From positions 32,001-96,000 of the forward strand of contig JBCCXZ010000003.1 in the NCBI GenBank assembly GCA_039190745.1: a DNA stretch of 64,000 nt. The letters are read 5' to 3'. The notes beneath the pieces are model-generated. The model saw only the letters and a program-made list of their open reading frames with translations, was not told the origin of the DNA and made no database searches. Below, in pieces: positions 38,304 through 48,924 of this stretch. Numbering within the stretch: position 1 is the stretch's first letter; every line of letters starts with the position of its first letter. Position numbers and translations under genes: made by a program. Origin of the DNA: Planctomycetota bacterium (GTDB taxonomy: Bacteria; Planctomycetota; Planctomycetia; Pirellulales; Lacipirellulaceae).

Positions 38304-40286
38304 CTAGAGCGCAGGCGGGTTGCGACGCGGCGGGGGCGTGCGGGGCGTTGGTTCTCGCCTCGGTTGAGAGCTGCCTTCACGGGGCGGGGCGACCGGCGTG
38401 TAGGTTTCGTCCCACCGCCACCCGACCGGAACGCGGAGTTCCTGCTGGGCCAGCAAAGCCCAGGGCGTGCCGCTGTGGTCGCTCACAACCGCTTCGAGCC
38501 GTTCGCGGGCCTTGTCGGCGAGCCGCTCGGCGAGGCTGCCGGCCAGAGCCTCATCTGGCCGGATCACCCAGGTGTTGTTGTTCTCGTCCTGGAACTCCAG
38601 GCTCGATTTGGCTCGGGCGAGCATCTCGTTGTACCCGTCGGCGCGGACCTTGGCGTTGAGTGCTCGGCCCACGGCTAGATCGTAGCCGGCTTTCCAGCGG
38701 GGTTTCTTGAGCCCGTCGCGCGCCCCTTCGGCGTCTATCAACGTGTTGCAGATCCCATTGAGCGCGGGCAGGCAAAGGGCCGCACGCTGTTGGGCGTTGT
38801 TGAGCGAACGGACGAATGCGCCGTCGTCCACCTTGAGGAACCTGCGGCGGCTGCCCACTAAGGGCGCCGACCAAGAAACCTCGTCCGGCAGCGACCAGGA
38901 CAGTTCCGCGGCGGCGACCAGTGCCCGGCGTGCGGGATTGGACTGAACCATCTCCATGTAACGCGGTGCGGGGAGATAGTCTGGTTCGTATCGCCGCATA
39001 GCGGCTTCATCGAAGAGCCGCTCGAAACGCACTGTCAGGTCGTTGCCGCGGTCGCGGCTGGGGCGAGAACGCTTGCGTTCACTGCGGGTGGAAAAGTAAA
39101 TGCCTTGGGTCTCGTAGCAGAGGCGGGTAAGGGCGAACGGCCCGAAGCCTGAATCGAACAAGGGCTCGCTTTGCACCGGGGAGAGTCGCAGCCGCTCTGG
39201 CAGCAGGGACTCCGGGCCCATGTTTACAGGTATCCACTGCGGCCGCTGGTCGAAGTTGGGGTCGGGGTCGACCCAACGCACATAGGCGGAGCGACGGCCG
39301 AAAGGAGACGGGCGCCCAACGACATACACCGGCATTGCCAACTTGCGGCAGAGGTCGATTGTTTCCTCCATGCGATGCACGTCGTCCCCCGACTCGTCGG
39401 TGAATACAACGATCATGACGTTCCGTGCCCCGTTCCGCGCTAACCGGTAATTGCGGTACTTCTGTGCAACCTCCGCTACAGCGCCGAACACATTCTCACG
39501 CCCCGCGGGGTCGTTCTCGATCTCTGAGACCGCGGCTTGGACTTCTTCTACTCGATCTGTTGGTTGCTTTAGGAACGCTGCGGCTGTTTCCCCGAAGCCA
39601 ACAACCACCGAGAGCAGAGGCTTGTCCGAGTGCTTCTCGAACACCGGATTTTCCGCCGCTTCGATGACTCCTAGCTCTTCGTAGATCTTGCCGAAGCGTC
39701 GGACGATCTGCTTACGGTCGGCTTCTAGACTTCCGGAGCGATCGAACAGCCAGACCACCAGCGTCGGCCCGGTCTCCAGAGAGGCCAAGATCTCGTGGGT
39801 CAGTCGGTCGATTGCGCCTACGGCCCCTTCGGCTCCGGCAATGGCGGAACCCTGGGTCGGCAGGTCGTCAGAGAGTTCCGGAGACTTGAAATCGGGTTCG
39901 GTGAGGACGACCGTCTGCTGGAGGCCGAAGTCGCTGACCGGCCGCGGCTCGAACAACGCCAGGGACTCCTCGTCTGCGATGCTCGCTGCTGACCGGGCGA
40001 GGCTGAGGCCGCCCTGGGCGAGGGCTCCGATCTCTTCCGTCGGTTCCTCCGAAGAGACGAAATCGGAAGGCAGCGGCTCAGGCTCTTCAAGAACCTCGGG
40101 CGGCTCGTATTCAAGCAAGGCGCGCCGGGCCGACGGCACGAACACCGAAGCGGTGGCCAACGCGACCAGTATCGCCAAGTGCAGCGCCAGGCTGGTCAAC
40201 CAAGCTACGGCCTCTTTCAAGTAAACCGGGCCGGCGGCCTCGTTGAGGCCCGGCCCTTGCTCGGGTTTGGAGGGGTCGGCAGGCAA
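38304..40286 (-). CDS. Membrane-anchored von Willebrand factor A domain protein
   Basis: SLALH TM anchor, MIDAS LFDRSGS, VFTDE; HSGTPWA C-terminal motif. Confidence 0.85.
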   Translation of the reverse strand: MPADPSKPEQGPGLNEAAGPVYLKEAVAWLTSLALHLAILVALATASVFVPSARRALLEYEPPEVLEEPEPLPSDFVSSEEPTEEIGALAQGGLSLARSAASIADEESLALFEPRPVSDFGLQQTVVLTEPDFKSPELSDDLPTQGSAIAGAEGAVGAIDRLTHEILASLETGPTLVVWLFDRSGSLEADRKQIVRRFGKIYEELGVIEAAENPVFEKHSDKPLLSVVVGFGETAAAFLKQPTDRVEEVQAAVSEIENDPAGRENVFGAVAEVAQKYRNYRLARNGARNVMIVVFTDESGDDVHRMEETIDLCRKLAMPVYVVGRPSPFGRRSAYVRWVDPDPNFDQRPQWIPVNMGPESLLPERLRLSPVQSEPLFDSGFGPFALTRLCYETQGIYFSTRSERKRSRPSRDRGNDLTVRFERLFDEAAMRRYEPDYLPAPRYMEMVQSNPARRALVAAAELSWSLPDEVSWSAPLVGSRRRFLKVDDGAFVRSLNNAQQRAALCLPALNGICNTLIDAEGARDGLKKPRWKAGYDLAVGRALNAKVRADGYNEMLARAKSSLEFQDENNNTWVIRPDEALAGSLAERLADKARERLEAVVSDHSGTPWALLAQQELRVPVGWRWDETYTPVAPPREGSSQPRREPTPRTPPPRRNPPAL

Positions 40287-40484
40287 GGCGTGTTCGCTTA
40301 GGCATCCGGGGGACCGAAACCAATAGACTAGAACCCCGTGGCGCGCGTCCGGTTCTGGTTTTGATTGTCACGTCCACTTGCCTAGGCGGCAAGCAGCCGC
40401 TGTTACCCCTTGCCGCACGCCTAGTCTATGATAGGGGCACGCCCTTTGGGCGTTCGTTTGAAGAACAGACCGACCGGCAGGTAA

Positions 40485-41471
40485 GTGGAGACGGGAATGC
40501 GAAGGTTTGTTGGCATTGCCATGGTGGATCGGCGCTGGCCGAGTTTCGGCGTTATTGCTTCAGCGGCCCTTGTGGCATTGGCTTTGGGGCTGGCAAGTCC
40601 GGAGCACGCAGCTGGACAGTCCTCGGCGCCCGAGCCGAAAGAAATCAAGCTGACCACCGACGACGGCGTCACCTTAGGGGCGACGTACTACCCTAGCCGT
40701 TCCGGGCGTGACGCCGTGCCGGTGGTCATGCTGCACGACTTTAAGCAGAACCGCGCCGTCTTCCGCGACATGGCTTACTTCCTGCAAGACCCGCCGGACC
40801 CGAGTTTGCCGTCGCACGCCGTGGTGACGGTTGACCTTCGAGGGCACGGCGAAAGCACAACGGCAGTTGTACGCGGAGGCGGATCCGTCGAGATCAGCGC
40901 CGCGCGGCTGAGCACGCGGGACTTCGCCGCGATGGTGCTCGGCGATATGGAGGCGGTCCGACGCGAACTGGTTAGCCTGAATGACCAAGGGCAATTGAAC
41001 CTAAACAAACTGACGCTCATCGGCGCCGGGATGGGCGCCAACGTCGCGCTGAACTGGGCCGCTAAGGACTGGGCAACACCAAGGCTCGCCAGCCGCAAGC
41101 AGGGCCAGGACGTCAAGGCTCTCGTGCTTCTGTCCCCGAAGTGGAAGTCCCGCGGCCTGCCGGTTCTCCGTGCGCTGAAACAGCCCGGTGTCCAGCAGCA
41201 GGTGTCTTTTTTCATCGCATTCGGGCGCCAAGACCGCAAGCAGAAGAAGGACGCCGAGACGATCTACAAGAACCTCGAGCGTTTCCACCCCGAGCCGCCC
41301 CGCGACCAGGTGCGGGAGAAGAAATCGCTGTTCATGGTCCCCGTCCCCTCAGGATTGTCGGGCACAGACTTGCTGAACCGGACCGAGGGTTTGCCGTCCC
41401 AGGTGGCCGATTTCATCGACGCACGCGTTTCTTCCAAAGACTTCGAATGGGTCGGCAGGAAGAAACAGTAG
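40485..41471 (+). CDS. Secreted alpha/beta hydrolase-fold protein, nucleophile Ser absent
   Basis: VVMLHD, VDLRGHGES, IGAGMGAN, LVLLSP. Confidence 0.82.
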   Translation: METGMRRFVGIAMVDRRWPSFGVIASAALVALALGLASPEHAAGQSSAPEPKEIKLTTDDGVTLGATYYPSRSGRDAVPVVMLHDFKQNRAVFRDMAYFLQDPPDPSLPSHAVVTVDLRGHGESTTAVVRGGGSVEISAARLSTRDFAAMVLGDMEAVRRELVSLNDQGQLNLNKLTLIGAGMGANVALNWAAKDWATPRLASRKQGQDVKALVLLSPKWKSRGLPVLRALKQPGVQQQVSFFIAFGRQDRKQKKDAETIYKNLERFHPEPPRDQVREKKSLFMVPVPSGLSGTDLLNRTEGLPSQVADFIDARVSSKDFEWVGRKKQ

Positions 41472-41531
41472 GAAGCGATTCGGCAGACGGAGCCGTGGCT
41501 CCGATCTCATACCGCTAAAGCTCTCTTGCCG

Positions 41532-42095
41532 TTACAACGCCCCAGACTCCGAGGGCGGGATGCGTAGCTCCGCGCCGATCGGCAGCAAGTGGGGATTGGC
41601 CAACTGGTCGCGGTTCAGGTCGAAGATCTCGATAGCCCTCAACGGATCGGCCAGGTAGCGTTCGGCCAGCTTCTCGAGCGTATCGCCGTTGTGGACGATG
41701 TGGCTGCGTTGCTTTGGCCAAGCATTGGCGGCGGGCGATACAGAATCCGTCGGCGAGACGGCTTGGATGATTTTTTCAAAGGGGGGGCGCTCGACGGTCC
41801 GCTCGACGACCGAAGACGCAGGCACCCGGACCGATCCGCTTGCAAGGCCGCCTGGCGCGTCAGTGGGCGCTTCGCCTTGGGGAGGCCTCAGGGCGGGGTG
41901 GTCGACTAGGTCGAACGTGCTGGGTTGCTCGGCCGTCTCCCGCTGGGCTTGAACAGGCTCGAAGCGGGCCGAAGGCTGCGCCAACACGTCTGACGCGCCA
42001 GCGGGACCGGCTGGCCCAAGCCGGAAGGGCCAGGCGGCTGCCAGACCGCCAACCAATATCAGCGATGTCAGCAGGAGCTTCCGGTGGACGGTCAT
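41532..42095 (-). CDS. LysM domain protein
   Basis: HIVHNGDTLEKLAERYL...IFDLN...LPIGAELRIP; N-terminal TM/signal. Confidence 0.85.
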   Translation of the reverse strand: MTVHRKLLLTSLILVGGLAAAWPFRLGPAGPAGASDVLAQPSARFEPVQAQRETAEQPSTFDLVDHPALRPPQGEAPTDAPGGLASGSVRVPASSVVERTVERPPFEKIIQAVSPTDSVSPAANAWPKQRSHIVHNGDTLEKLAERYLADPLRAIEIFDLNRDQLANPHLLPIGAELRIPPSESGAL

Positions 42096-42267
42096 GAGCC
42101 GGCGGCGCTTGAAGACGCCGTGGAGAGTCGCGGGGCGGTGCCTCGCTTCCCTCATCGGCCTAGCGAAGCACAGGGCTCCACGTCGGGGGCGGACTCCATC
42201 GGAAGGAAACCCCAAGCCCGTCCGGTTGTCGCGGTCGGTGAAACGCTGACGACCGGCGCCCCGCCGT

Positions 42268-45200
42268 TTAGGCGGCCTTCGCACCCGATCCGGTCGGCGT
42301 CGCGCCGGTCCGGTTGCTCATCCAGAGGAGCGCCGGGGACGCGATAAAGATCGAGCTGTAGGTACCCACGATCACGCCTACGACCAACGCGAAAGCAAAG
42401 CCGTGAATGCCGTCCCCCCCGAGTGCGTACAGGATGACGACCGTCAGCAAGGTTGTCAGCGAGGTCAGCAAGGTGCGGGAGAGCGTCTGGTTGATGCTGG
42501 TGTTGATCATCTCAGCCGACAGCCTTGGGCTCTTTCCCTTCACCTCTCGGATACGGTCGAAGACCACGATCGTGTCGTTCAGCGAGTAGCCGATAATCGT
42601 GAGGAAAGCTGCCACCATCGGTAGACTGATCTGGAACTTCTCGATCAACAACAACTGCGCCAACGGCGGGGCCCCACTGACGATGAACGCGCTCATCGAG
42701 ACCACGCCGAGGGTCACAAGCACGTCGTGCACCAACGCAACAACCGCGGCGAGGCCGTAGTACACGCTCTGGAACCGGAACCAGATGTAGAGCACGATGA
42801 ACAGCAGGCTGATCAGCGTCGACGCGATTGCGAGAGTCCGCATGTCGCCGGCGATCCGGCCGCCGATCTTGTTGGCGAGCGGGAACACGGGCTGGTTGTT
42901 GGTCGACTCTCGCAGAGACCCGAACACTTCTTCCGCTGCCTCGGCGGGCAGGGCAACCCGGACAGACCACTGGTCGAACCTCCGCGCGCTGCCTGTTCGG
43001 TAGTCGTCGTTAGAAACCTCAAACCCTTTGCCGGCATTGCCGGTCGCTTCGAGGGCGTCTTTAACCAACTGACTAGCGGTCTCAAACGTGACGCCCGCGT
43101 CGTCTTCCAGGCCTGCGCCGATGGAGAAGGATAAAGTCGCCTCGGTGCCGCCGGCGAAGGGGTCTGCAGGGGCAGGCGGAGCTTGCTCTCCCTCCCCGGC
43201 TTCGGCTGCGGGGCCGGCTTCAGGGATCGCAGCAACGTTCTCTACCCCGATGTCGTACGTCTGCAGGCTGTCCCCGAAAGTGTCCTGCAGGATTTGTTGT
43301 ACGGCTTCGACATCCTGATTGACGCAGCTGACCGTGTATTTGGTGCTCGTGTCTCCGACCTCGACGAGCGAGAGGTTGGCGTCAGCCAACACGGTTTCGT
43401 CGAGCTTTGTCTTTACCTCGCCGAACTCCATCTTTTGATCTTCTCTCAAGACCATCGTCACCGAACTGCCGCCGGTGAAGTCGATGTTGAGCAGGTCTTC
43501 GCCGCGGTTGAACACCGCGACCAGGCCGACGCCGATGACCACGGCCGAAACGACCGCGGCGAATCCTCGCATCCCCAGGAAGTCGATGCTGCTCTTGCCG
43601 ACGATCTGGTTCATGTTGAGCGTCGTGAGGCGACGGGTCCTCTCGAATACGTCGAACACTATCCGTGACAAGAAGATCGCCGCGTACATGCTGACGACGA
43701 TGCCCAGGATGAGCGTTACACCGAATCCTTTCACGTTGTCGGGGGCGATCTTGTAAATCACGATCGCCGTGATGAGCGTCGTGACGTTCGCGTCGACGAT
43801 CGTTTGAGTCGCCCGCCCGAAGCCGTTGCGTATGGCCATCCTGAGGGCGGCACCCCGGTTCAATTCCTCGCGGATGCGTTCGAAGATTAGCACGTTCGCG
43901 TCCACCGACATGCCGACCGTCAGTACGAGCCCCGCGAGGCCGGGCAGCGTGAATGCCGCCTTGATAAGCACCATCAGGCCCAGGATCAGCAACAGGTTGG
44001 CGCCCAACGCCAGGCAGGCGACGATGCCCGCGAACCGGTAGTAGAACACCATGAAGACCATCACGATGGCGAGCGACACCCCAATCGCGAGCCGGCCCTT
44101 CTCGACCGTCTCGGCGCCGAGGGTGGGGCTGATCGTCTCGCGGCTGATGGGTTCTTTGTTGAGCGCCGCAGGCAGGCTGCCGGCGTTGAGGATGCCGACA
44201 ACGAAATCGACCTCCTCTTGAGAGTTGTTCCCCTCGATCACGCCCTGATCGGTGATCTTGCTGTTGATAGAGGGCGCGGAGAGCAGTTTGTTGTCGAGTA
44301 GGATCCCCAAGAAGTACTTCTGCTGCGAGGCGTTCGGCAGGTGGTCGCCGGTGAGCCTGCCGAACCGGAAGGCGCCCTGCTGATCGAAACGGAAGCGGAC
44401 CTCGGGGCGGCCTCGTTGGTCGATGCCCGACGAGGCAGAACTAAGGAATTCACCGGTCACGTCCATGCCGTCGTCGACACGGATCAATGCCTGCGGCGTG
44501 CTGCCCGCCATGCGTTTCACCGTACGCTCGTCTTGTCGATCTGCGGGGCCGAATTCAGCCTCGTCGTAAGACACCCACTCGGCGACCTTCTCGTCGTTGA
44601 TGCGGACAACGCTTTCGCCCGGCGGCAAAGCTTGGGCCAGCTTGATGATCTCGTCGTTCTCACTGAACAAGGGCGATGCGGTGATCCGGAACTCCAACGA
44701 GCCCGCGGTGTAAATCCGCCGCTCGATCACCTCGAGGTCCTGCTGATTGGCCTTGGGGATGATGATCTCGATCTGCCCCTGGCCGTACTCGCGGATGGTC
44801 ACCTCTTTGGTGCCGCTTGGATCGACCCGTTCGTTTAACGCCCCGATCAGTTGCCGGACTACCTCACGCTTGCGGGCGACGGTCAGCTCGGCGGGCTCGC
44901 CCTCCGCTTCGTCCTCCTCGACATCGGCGAACGCGGTGTCCTGCAGCTCGTAGATCAGCGTGATCCCGCCGCTGAGGTCGGGTCCGAACTTGATCTCGCC
45001 GAGTGTGACGACCACGGCAGCCGCCGCCAGTGTGCCGATGGCGGTAGCGAACTTCCAGCTATGATCCGGCATCCTCAGGCTCTTGGAGAGCTGCCGAGCG
45101 ATGAACATGGGCACCACGAACAAGGCGACGACGATTGCGAGGAGGACCCAGCCCTCTCCGGAGGAGGAATCTTCCAAGTCGTCAGCCACGTCCTCGGCGG

Positions 45201-45627
45201 CCTCGACGTCAGCGATGGGCGCTCCGCCAGATCCTTCAACAGTATCCGGGGTCGCTGGCTCCGAAGCTTCATCAGCTATCGGTTCCACTTCGGTGTCAGC
45301 GGCTTCTTCCGCGGGCTCCTCAGTGGTTGCCTCTTCTGTAGCCGGCTCTTCCTCGACCGGCGAGGCTTCTTGGTCCTCCACCGCTTCCGCACCGGAGGCT
45401 AGTTCGTTAGTGGTCGCGGCATCGGCAGGGGCGGCGGCCTCGCTTGCGGTCTCCTGACTCTGTGTGACCTCGCTTGCCGCTTCCTCGACGGCTGCTTCCT
45501 GCGCAGAAGCCGGGTAGTTCGTAAGGAGCGAAATAGACAGCAGCGCAGTGAGCAGCAGAGCGTTGTGCTTGCCACAGCCAAAAGGGTTCCGAATCGGGCC
45601 CACGAAACCGCCAGTGGGGTTGGTCAT
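42268..45627 (-). CDS. secDF: Fused protein translocase subunit SecDF
   Basis: GPDLSGG, TIS PTLG, LTVGMSVDANVLIFERIREE, IDFTGG, IIGYSLNDTIVVFDRIRE; start may be 45678. Confidence 0.95.
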   Translation of the reverse strand: MTNPTGGFVGPIRNPFGCGKHNALLLTALLSISLLTNYPASAQEAAVEEAASEVTQSQETASEAAAPADAATTNELASGAEAVEDQEASPVEEEPATEEATTEEPAEEAADTEVEPIADEASEPATPDTVEGSGGAPIADVEAAEDVADDLEDSSSGEGWVLLAIVVALFVVPMFIARQLSKSLRMPDHSWKFATAIGTLAAAAVVVTLGEIKFGPDLSGGITLIYELQDTAFADVEEDEAEGEPAELTVARKREVVRQLIGALNERVDPSGTKEVTIREYGQGQIEIIIPKANQQDLEVIERRIYTAGSLEFRITASPLFSENDEIIKLAQALPPGESVVRINDEKVAEWVSYDEAEFGPADRQDERTVKRMAGSTPQALIRVDDGMDVTGEFLSSASSGIDQRGRPEVRFRFDQQGAFRFGRLTGDHLPNASQQKYFLGILLDNKLLSAPSINSKITDQGVIEGNNSQEEVDFVVGILNAGSLPAALNKEPISRETISPTLGAETVEKGRLAIGVSLAIVMVFMVFYYRFAGIVACLALGANLLLILGLMVLIKAAFTLPGLAGLVLTVGMSVDANVLIFERIREELNRGAALRMAIRNGFGRATQTIVDANVTTLITAIVIYKIAPDNVKGFGVTLILGIVVSMYAAIFLSRIVFDVFERTRRLTTLNMNQIVGKSSIDFLGMRGFAAVVSAVVIGVGLVAVFNRGEDLLNIDFTGGSSVTMVLREDQKMEFGEVKTKLDETVLADANLSLVEVGDTSTKYTVSCVNQDVEAVQQILQDTFGDSLQTYDIGVENVAAIPEAGPAAEAGEGEQAPPAPADPFAGGTEATLSFSIGAGLEDDAGVTFETASQLVKDALEATGNAGKGFEVSNDDYRTGSARRFDQWSVRVALPAEAAEEVFGSLRESTNNQPVFPLANKIGGRIAGDMRTLAIASTLISLLFIVLYIWFRFQSVYYGLAAVVALVHDVLVTLGVVSMSAFIVSGAPPLAQLLLIEKFQISLPMVAAFLTIIGYSLNDTIVVFDRIREVKGKSPRLSAEMINTSINQTLSRTLLTSLTTLLTVVILYALGGDGIHGFAFALVVGVIVGTYSSIFIASPALLWMSNRTGATPTGSGAKAA

Positions 45628-45731
45628 CTTTTCTACCTGTGGTCGGGCGGCGTGCCGCCGAGTGGCGGGCTGTCTCATGGGGCCCGCTCGTGTTGATTGT
45701 TTTTTTGTTGCGTTCGGGCGAGTCGCTGCAC

Positions 45732-46088
45732 CTACGAACTGCTGTTTGCCTTGTCTTCGTCAGTCACAACCCGTGCGATTGCAGATGTGCCGACGCGCAT
45801 CTTGGTCCCCGAAGACTCGTCGACCCGGATCACCACTATCTCCGCGTCCCGTTGGACGCTCGTGACGACCCCATGGATGCCTCCGATCGTTACGACCCGG
45901 TCTTTCTCTTTCAGGCCGTCGATCATCGATTTAAAGGTCTGCTCTTTGTTCTTCTGCGGCCTGAGGATCATGAAGTAGAACAGCACGCCGACAATAATCA
46001 GGCCGGGTAGCATGCTCGAAAGAGGCGACTGGGGCTGCTCGCCGGCTTCGGCCAGAATGCTCGCTGCGGCCAGGGTGGACGCGTTCAC
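45732..46088 (-). CDS. yajC: Preprotein translocase subunit YajC
   Basis: FYFMILRPQ, DRVVTIGGIHG; between tgt and secD. Confidence 0.95.
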   Translation of the reverse strand: MNASTLAAASILAEAGEQPQSPLSSMLPGLIIVGVLFYFMILRPQKNKEQTFKSMIDGLKEKDRVVTIGGIHGVVTSVQRDAEIVVIRVDESSGTKMRVGTSAIARVVTDEDKANSSS

Positions 46089-46179
46089 TTCATCACCGTT
46101 TGCGGGGCTAACGTCGTCGGAATCGCGTATCTTAAGTCCCTATGTGGTAAGCAGCAAGGGCGGCAGGGCTCTGTGCCGG

Positions 46180-47295
46180 CTAAGCCGGTTCCCGCCGGCT
46201 CCAACCGGCGAGCTTCTCCGCACGGAACTCCCCAAAAGCGTCCTGTTCGATCGCCTGACGCGCCGATCTCATCAGCCGCTGGTAGTAAAAGAGGTTGTGG
46301 ATCGAGGCCAGGATCGGGCCGAGCATCTCCTTGGCCTGGAAAAGGTGCCGGAGGTAGCCGAGGCTGTGGCTGCAAGCCGGGCAGGGGCAATCGGGGTCGA
46401 GCGGTCGGGGGTCTTGTGTCAATCGGGCATTACGCAGCCGCAGCGGCGGACCATCGGTGTAGACCAACGCATTGCGGCCGTTGCGGGTGGGGAGAACGCA
46501 GTCGAACATGTCGACCCCTCGGGCAATCCCCTCGACCAAATCACCGGGCTTGCCCACACCCATCAGGTAGCGCGGGCGGTCTGCTGGGAGCTCGGGCACG
46601 GTGAAATCCAGCGTGCGGTACATCTCCGCGGGCTCTTCGCCTACGCTCAGCCCGCCCACGGCGTAGCCTGGGAAATCCAGTTTCACGAGCTCCCGTGCAG
46701 ATTCTTTGCGGAGCGTTTCGTCGAGCCCGCCCTGGACGATCGCCATGAGCATCTGATCGGGGCGGCCAGCGGCCTTCTGGCACCGCTCGGCCCAGCGCAG
46801 GCTCCGCCGGCTGGCGTCCGCGATCGTCGATCGGTCGGCGGGCAGGGCTGCGACGTGGTCGAATACCATCGCGATGTCGCTGCCCAGATTTTCCTGGATC
46901 TCAATCGATCGTTCGGGCGTGATCCGCAGCAGGTCTCCGTCGATGTGCGAGCGGAACGAGACTCCCTGCTCGTCGATCGCGGCACTATCGGCGAGGCTAA
47001 AGACTTGGAATCCCCCGCTGTCGGTCAGGATTGGCCCCGGCCAGCCCATGAACTCGTGGAGGCCGCCTAGTCCCGCCACCACCTCGTCACCCGGCCGCAG
47101 GGCGAGGTGGTAGGTGTTGCCGAGCACCATCTCGGCGCCGGTCTCGCGGAGTCGACCAGCGTCGATCCCCTTCACGGTCCCGACGGTGCCCACCGGCATG
47201 AACGCCGGGGTTTGCACGTCGCCATGCGGCGTGGAGAGCACGCCGCGCCGCGCGTCCGAGTGGGCGTCGACGTGGTGGAGCGTGTAGCGGAACAA
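46180..47295 (-). CDS. tgt: tRNA-guanine transglycosylase
   Basis: [32 protein letters not shown], Zn site CPCPAC...H. Confidence 0.97.
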   Translation of the reverse strand: MFRYTLHHVDAHSDARRGVLSTPHGDVQTPAFMPVGTVGTVKGIDAGRLRETGAEMVLGNTYHLALRPGDEVVAGLGGLHEFMGWPGPILTDSGGFQVFSLADSAAIDEQGVSFRSHIDGDLLRITPERSIEIQENLGSDIAMVFDHVAALPADRSTIADASRRSLRWAERCQKAAGRPDQMLMAIVQGGLDETLRKESARELVKLDFPGYAVGGLSVGEEPAEMYRTLDFTVPELPADRPRYLMGVGKPGDLVEGIARGVDMFDCVLPTRNGRNALVYTDGPPLRLRNARLTQDPRPLDPDCPCPACSHSLGYLRHLFQAKEMLGPILASIHNLFYYQRLMRSARQAIEQDAFGEFRAEKLAGWSRREPA

Positions 47296-47317
47296 GGGCG
47301 GTCCCGGCGTCGGGTGC

Positions 47318-48646
47318 TCAGTCGCCGCGGAGCTTCAGGTTGTGTACCGTGAGCTTCTCGCGGACTTCGTTGAGGCTGGTGACGCCGAAGTTCTTGCACT
47401 CCAACAGGTCGTCGCCGGTGCGGCGGACCAGGTCGCCGACGGTAGTCAGGCCCAAACGGACCATGCACTTGCGGGCCCGCACCGAAAGGTTCAGGTCGGA
47501 AATCGGCCGGTCGAGCAGAGCCCGCTCGTCGTCGCTCAAAGATGAGGAGTCGTAGTTCGTCTCCTCTTCCTTCCAAGCGGTGGCAAACTGGCCGAGTTCG
47601 AGGCCCTTGGACGATAGCATCTCGCGGATCTCCACCAGCGAGGTCTCGCCGAAGTTCTTACTTGCCAGCAGCTCTTGCTCGCTGGTCTCGGTGAGGTCGC
47701 CGAGGGTCATGATGCCCATCTTCTGCAGGCAATTGCGGCTTCGGACCGAGAGCTCGAAGTCGGTTACAGGCACGCTCAGGACCTGAGCCAGGCGGTCGCG
47801 GCGGCGGCGTTCCTCCTCGTCGTAGTACATGTCGCGAGAAGCGTCGGCGTCTTTGAAAAACAGCCGTGCGCGCTCGTGCGCCGGGTAGGCGTCCAGCACG
47901 CGGGAGTAGCACTGCTTGGCACGCTCAAACTGCTCCATGTCCTCGTAGAGCAGCCCGAGGTTGAGGAGCGTACCGACGTGGGACGGGAACTGCGTGACCG
48001 CCCGCTCGTAAAGCTCCTGGGCGTAGTGGTCGTTGCCGTGCCGGTCGTTCTCCAGCGCCAGGCCGAACAAGGCCCCGGCGTGGTTGCCGTCGGCCTCGAC
48101 GGCCCGTTCAAGCAGGGCAACGACCTCGCTAGGATTGCCGCCGAGCGCGGAGACGGTTGCCGAGCGCTGGTAGAGGTACTCTGCAGTCTGCTCGACGGCG
48201 CCGGAGAGGTCGTCGAGGATCGCGAGCGAGCCCGCCGCGTCTCCCGCGTAGCGCTTGGCTTCGGCCTTGGCGAGCGAGACATCGTCTTTTGGGTACCCGG
48301 CGCGTTCTGCGGACTCGTAAGCGGTCAGTGCGGTTTCGTACTGGTCGAGCGACAGCTGAGCCTTGCCCAAGAAGAACTGCGTCAGCGCGCCGCCGTCCGC
48401 GTTTTCCAGCGTCGGAACCGCGTCGGAGTACCTGCCCAGCAGGAAGTAGCAGACGCCCAGCCGCACGGAAGCGGCCGGCGTGCGTTCGCCCTGCTGCTCA
48501 ATTTCTTGCACCGACTCGCGCAGCACGCGGAAGTTGTCGTAGTCCTTCGAGACGGCGGCGACGATCTGGTCGATCTCGGCGGGGCCGAACGTGCTGTTGG
48601 ACACGACGGCCTGGCGGATGTCGAACTCGGCAACGGCTTCTGGCAT
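47318..48646 (-). CDS. TPR protein with two C-terminal RNA polymerase alpha-CTD domains
   Basis: TPR repeats, then [10 protein letters not shown]...KNFGETSL and [10 protein letters not shown]...KNFGVTSL. Confidence 0.9.
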   Translation of the reverse strand: MPEAVAEFDIRQAVVSNSTFGPAEIDQIVAAVSKDYDNFRVLRESVQEIEQQGERTPAASVRLGVCYFLLGRYSDAVPTLENADGGALTQFFLGKAQLSLDQYETALTAYESAERAGYPKDDVSLAKAEAKRYAGDAAGSLAILDDLSGAVEQTAEYLYQRSATVSALGGNPSEVVALLERAVEADGNHAGALFGLALENDRHGNDHYAQELYERAVTQFPSHVGTLLNLGLLYEDMEQFERAKQCYSRVLDAYPAHERARLFFKDADASRDMYYDEEERRRRDRLAQVLSVPVTDFELSVRSRNCLQKMGIMTLGDLTETSEQELLASKNFGETSLVEIREMLSSKGLELGQFATAWKEEETNYDSSSLSDDERALLDRPISDLNLSVRARKCMVRLGLTTVGDLVRRTGDDLLECKNFGVTSLNEVREKLTVHNLKLRGD

Positions 48647-48751
48647 CGACAAAGCAACGACTCCTGAGAATGGCGAGGAAGGCCTGACGCGACGCGGCGG
48701 GCGGTGGCCGGGGCGACGCGGGCCGGGTGAGCGGCTGGGGATTCCACTAAG

Positions 48752-48825
48752 AGCCAGCGGCGGGAGTCGAACCCGCAACCCCCGCATTACGAATGCGGTG
48801 CTCTGCCAATTGAAGCTACGCTGGC
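48752..48825 (-). tRNA. tRNA-Thr(CGT)
   Basis: GCCAGCG/CGCTGGC acceptor stem, anticodon arm CCGCA-TTCGTAA-TGCGG, GGTTCGACTCC T arm; CCA not encoded. Confidence 0.95.
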
Positions 48826-48924
48826 GCTCGACGCGGTCTCTGCAAGCTAGACGCTGTCCCTGTAATCTCGAAAGCGTAGCTGATGTGCCCCGAGGCAGCA
48901 ATGGGCCGGCAGAGCCGCCCGCCG

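Noticed and set aside
48752..48825. tRNA-Thr as an island integration site
   Set aside because: No integrase and no duplicated tRNA 3' end seen in the window
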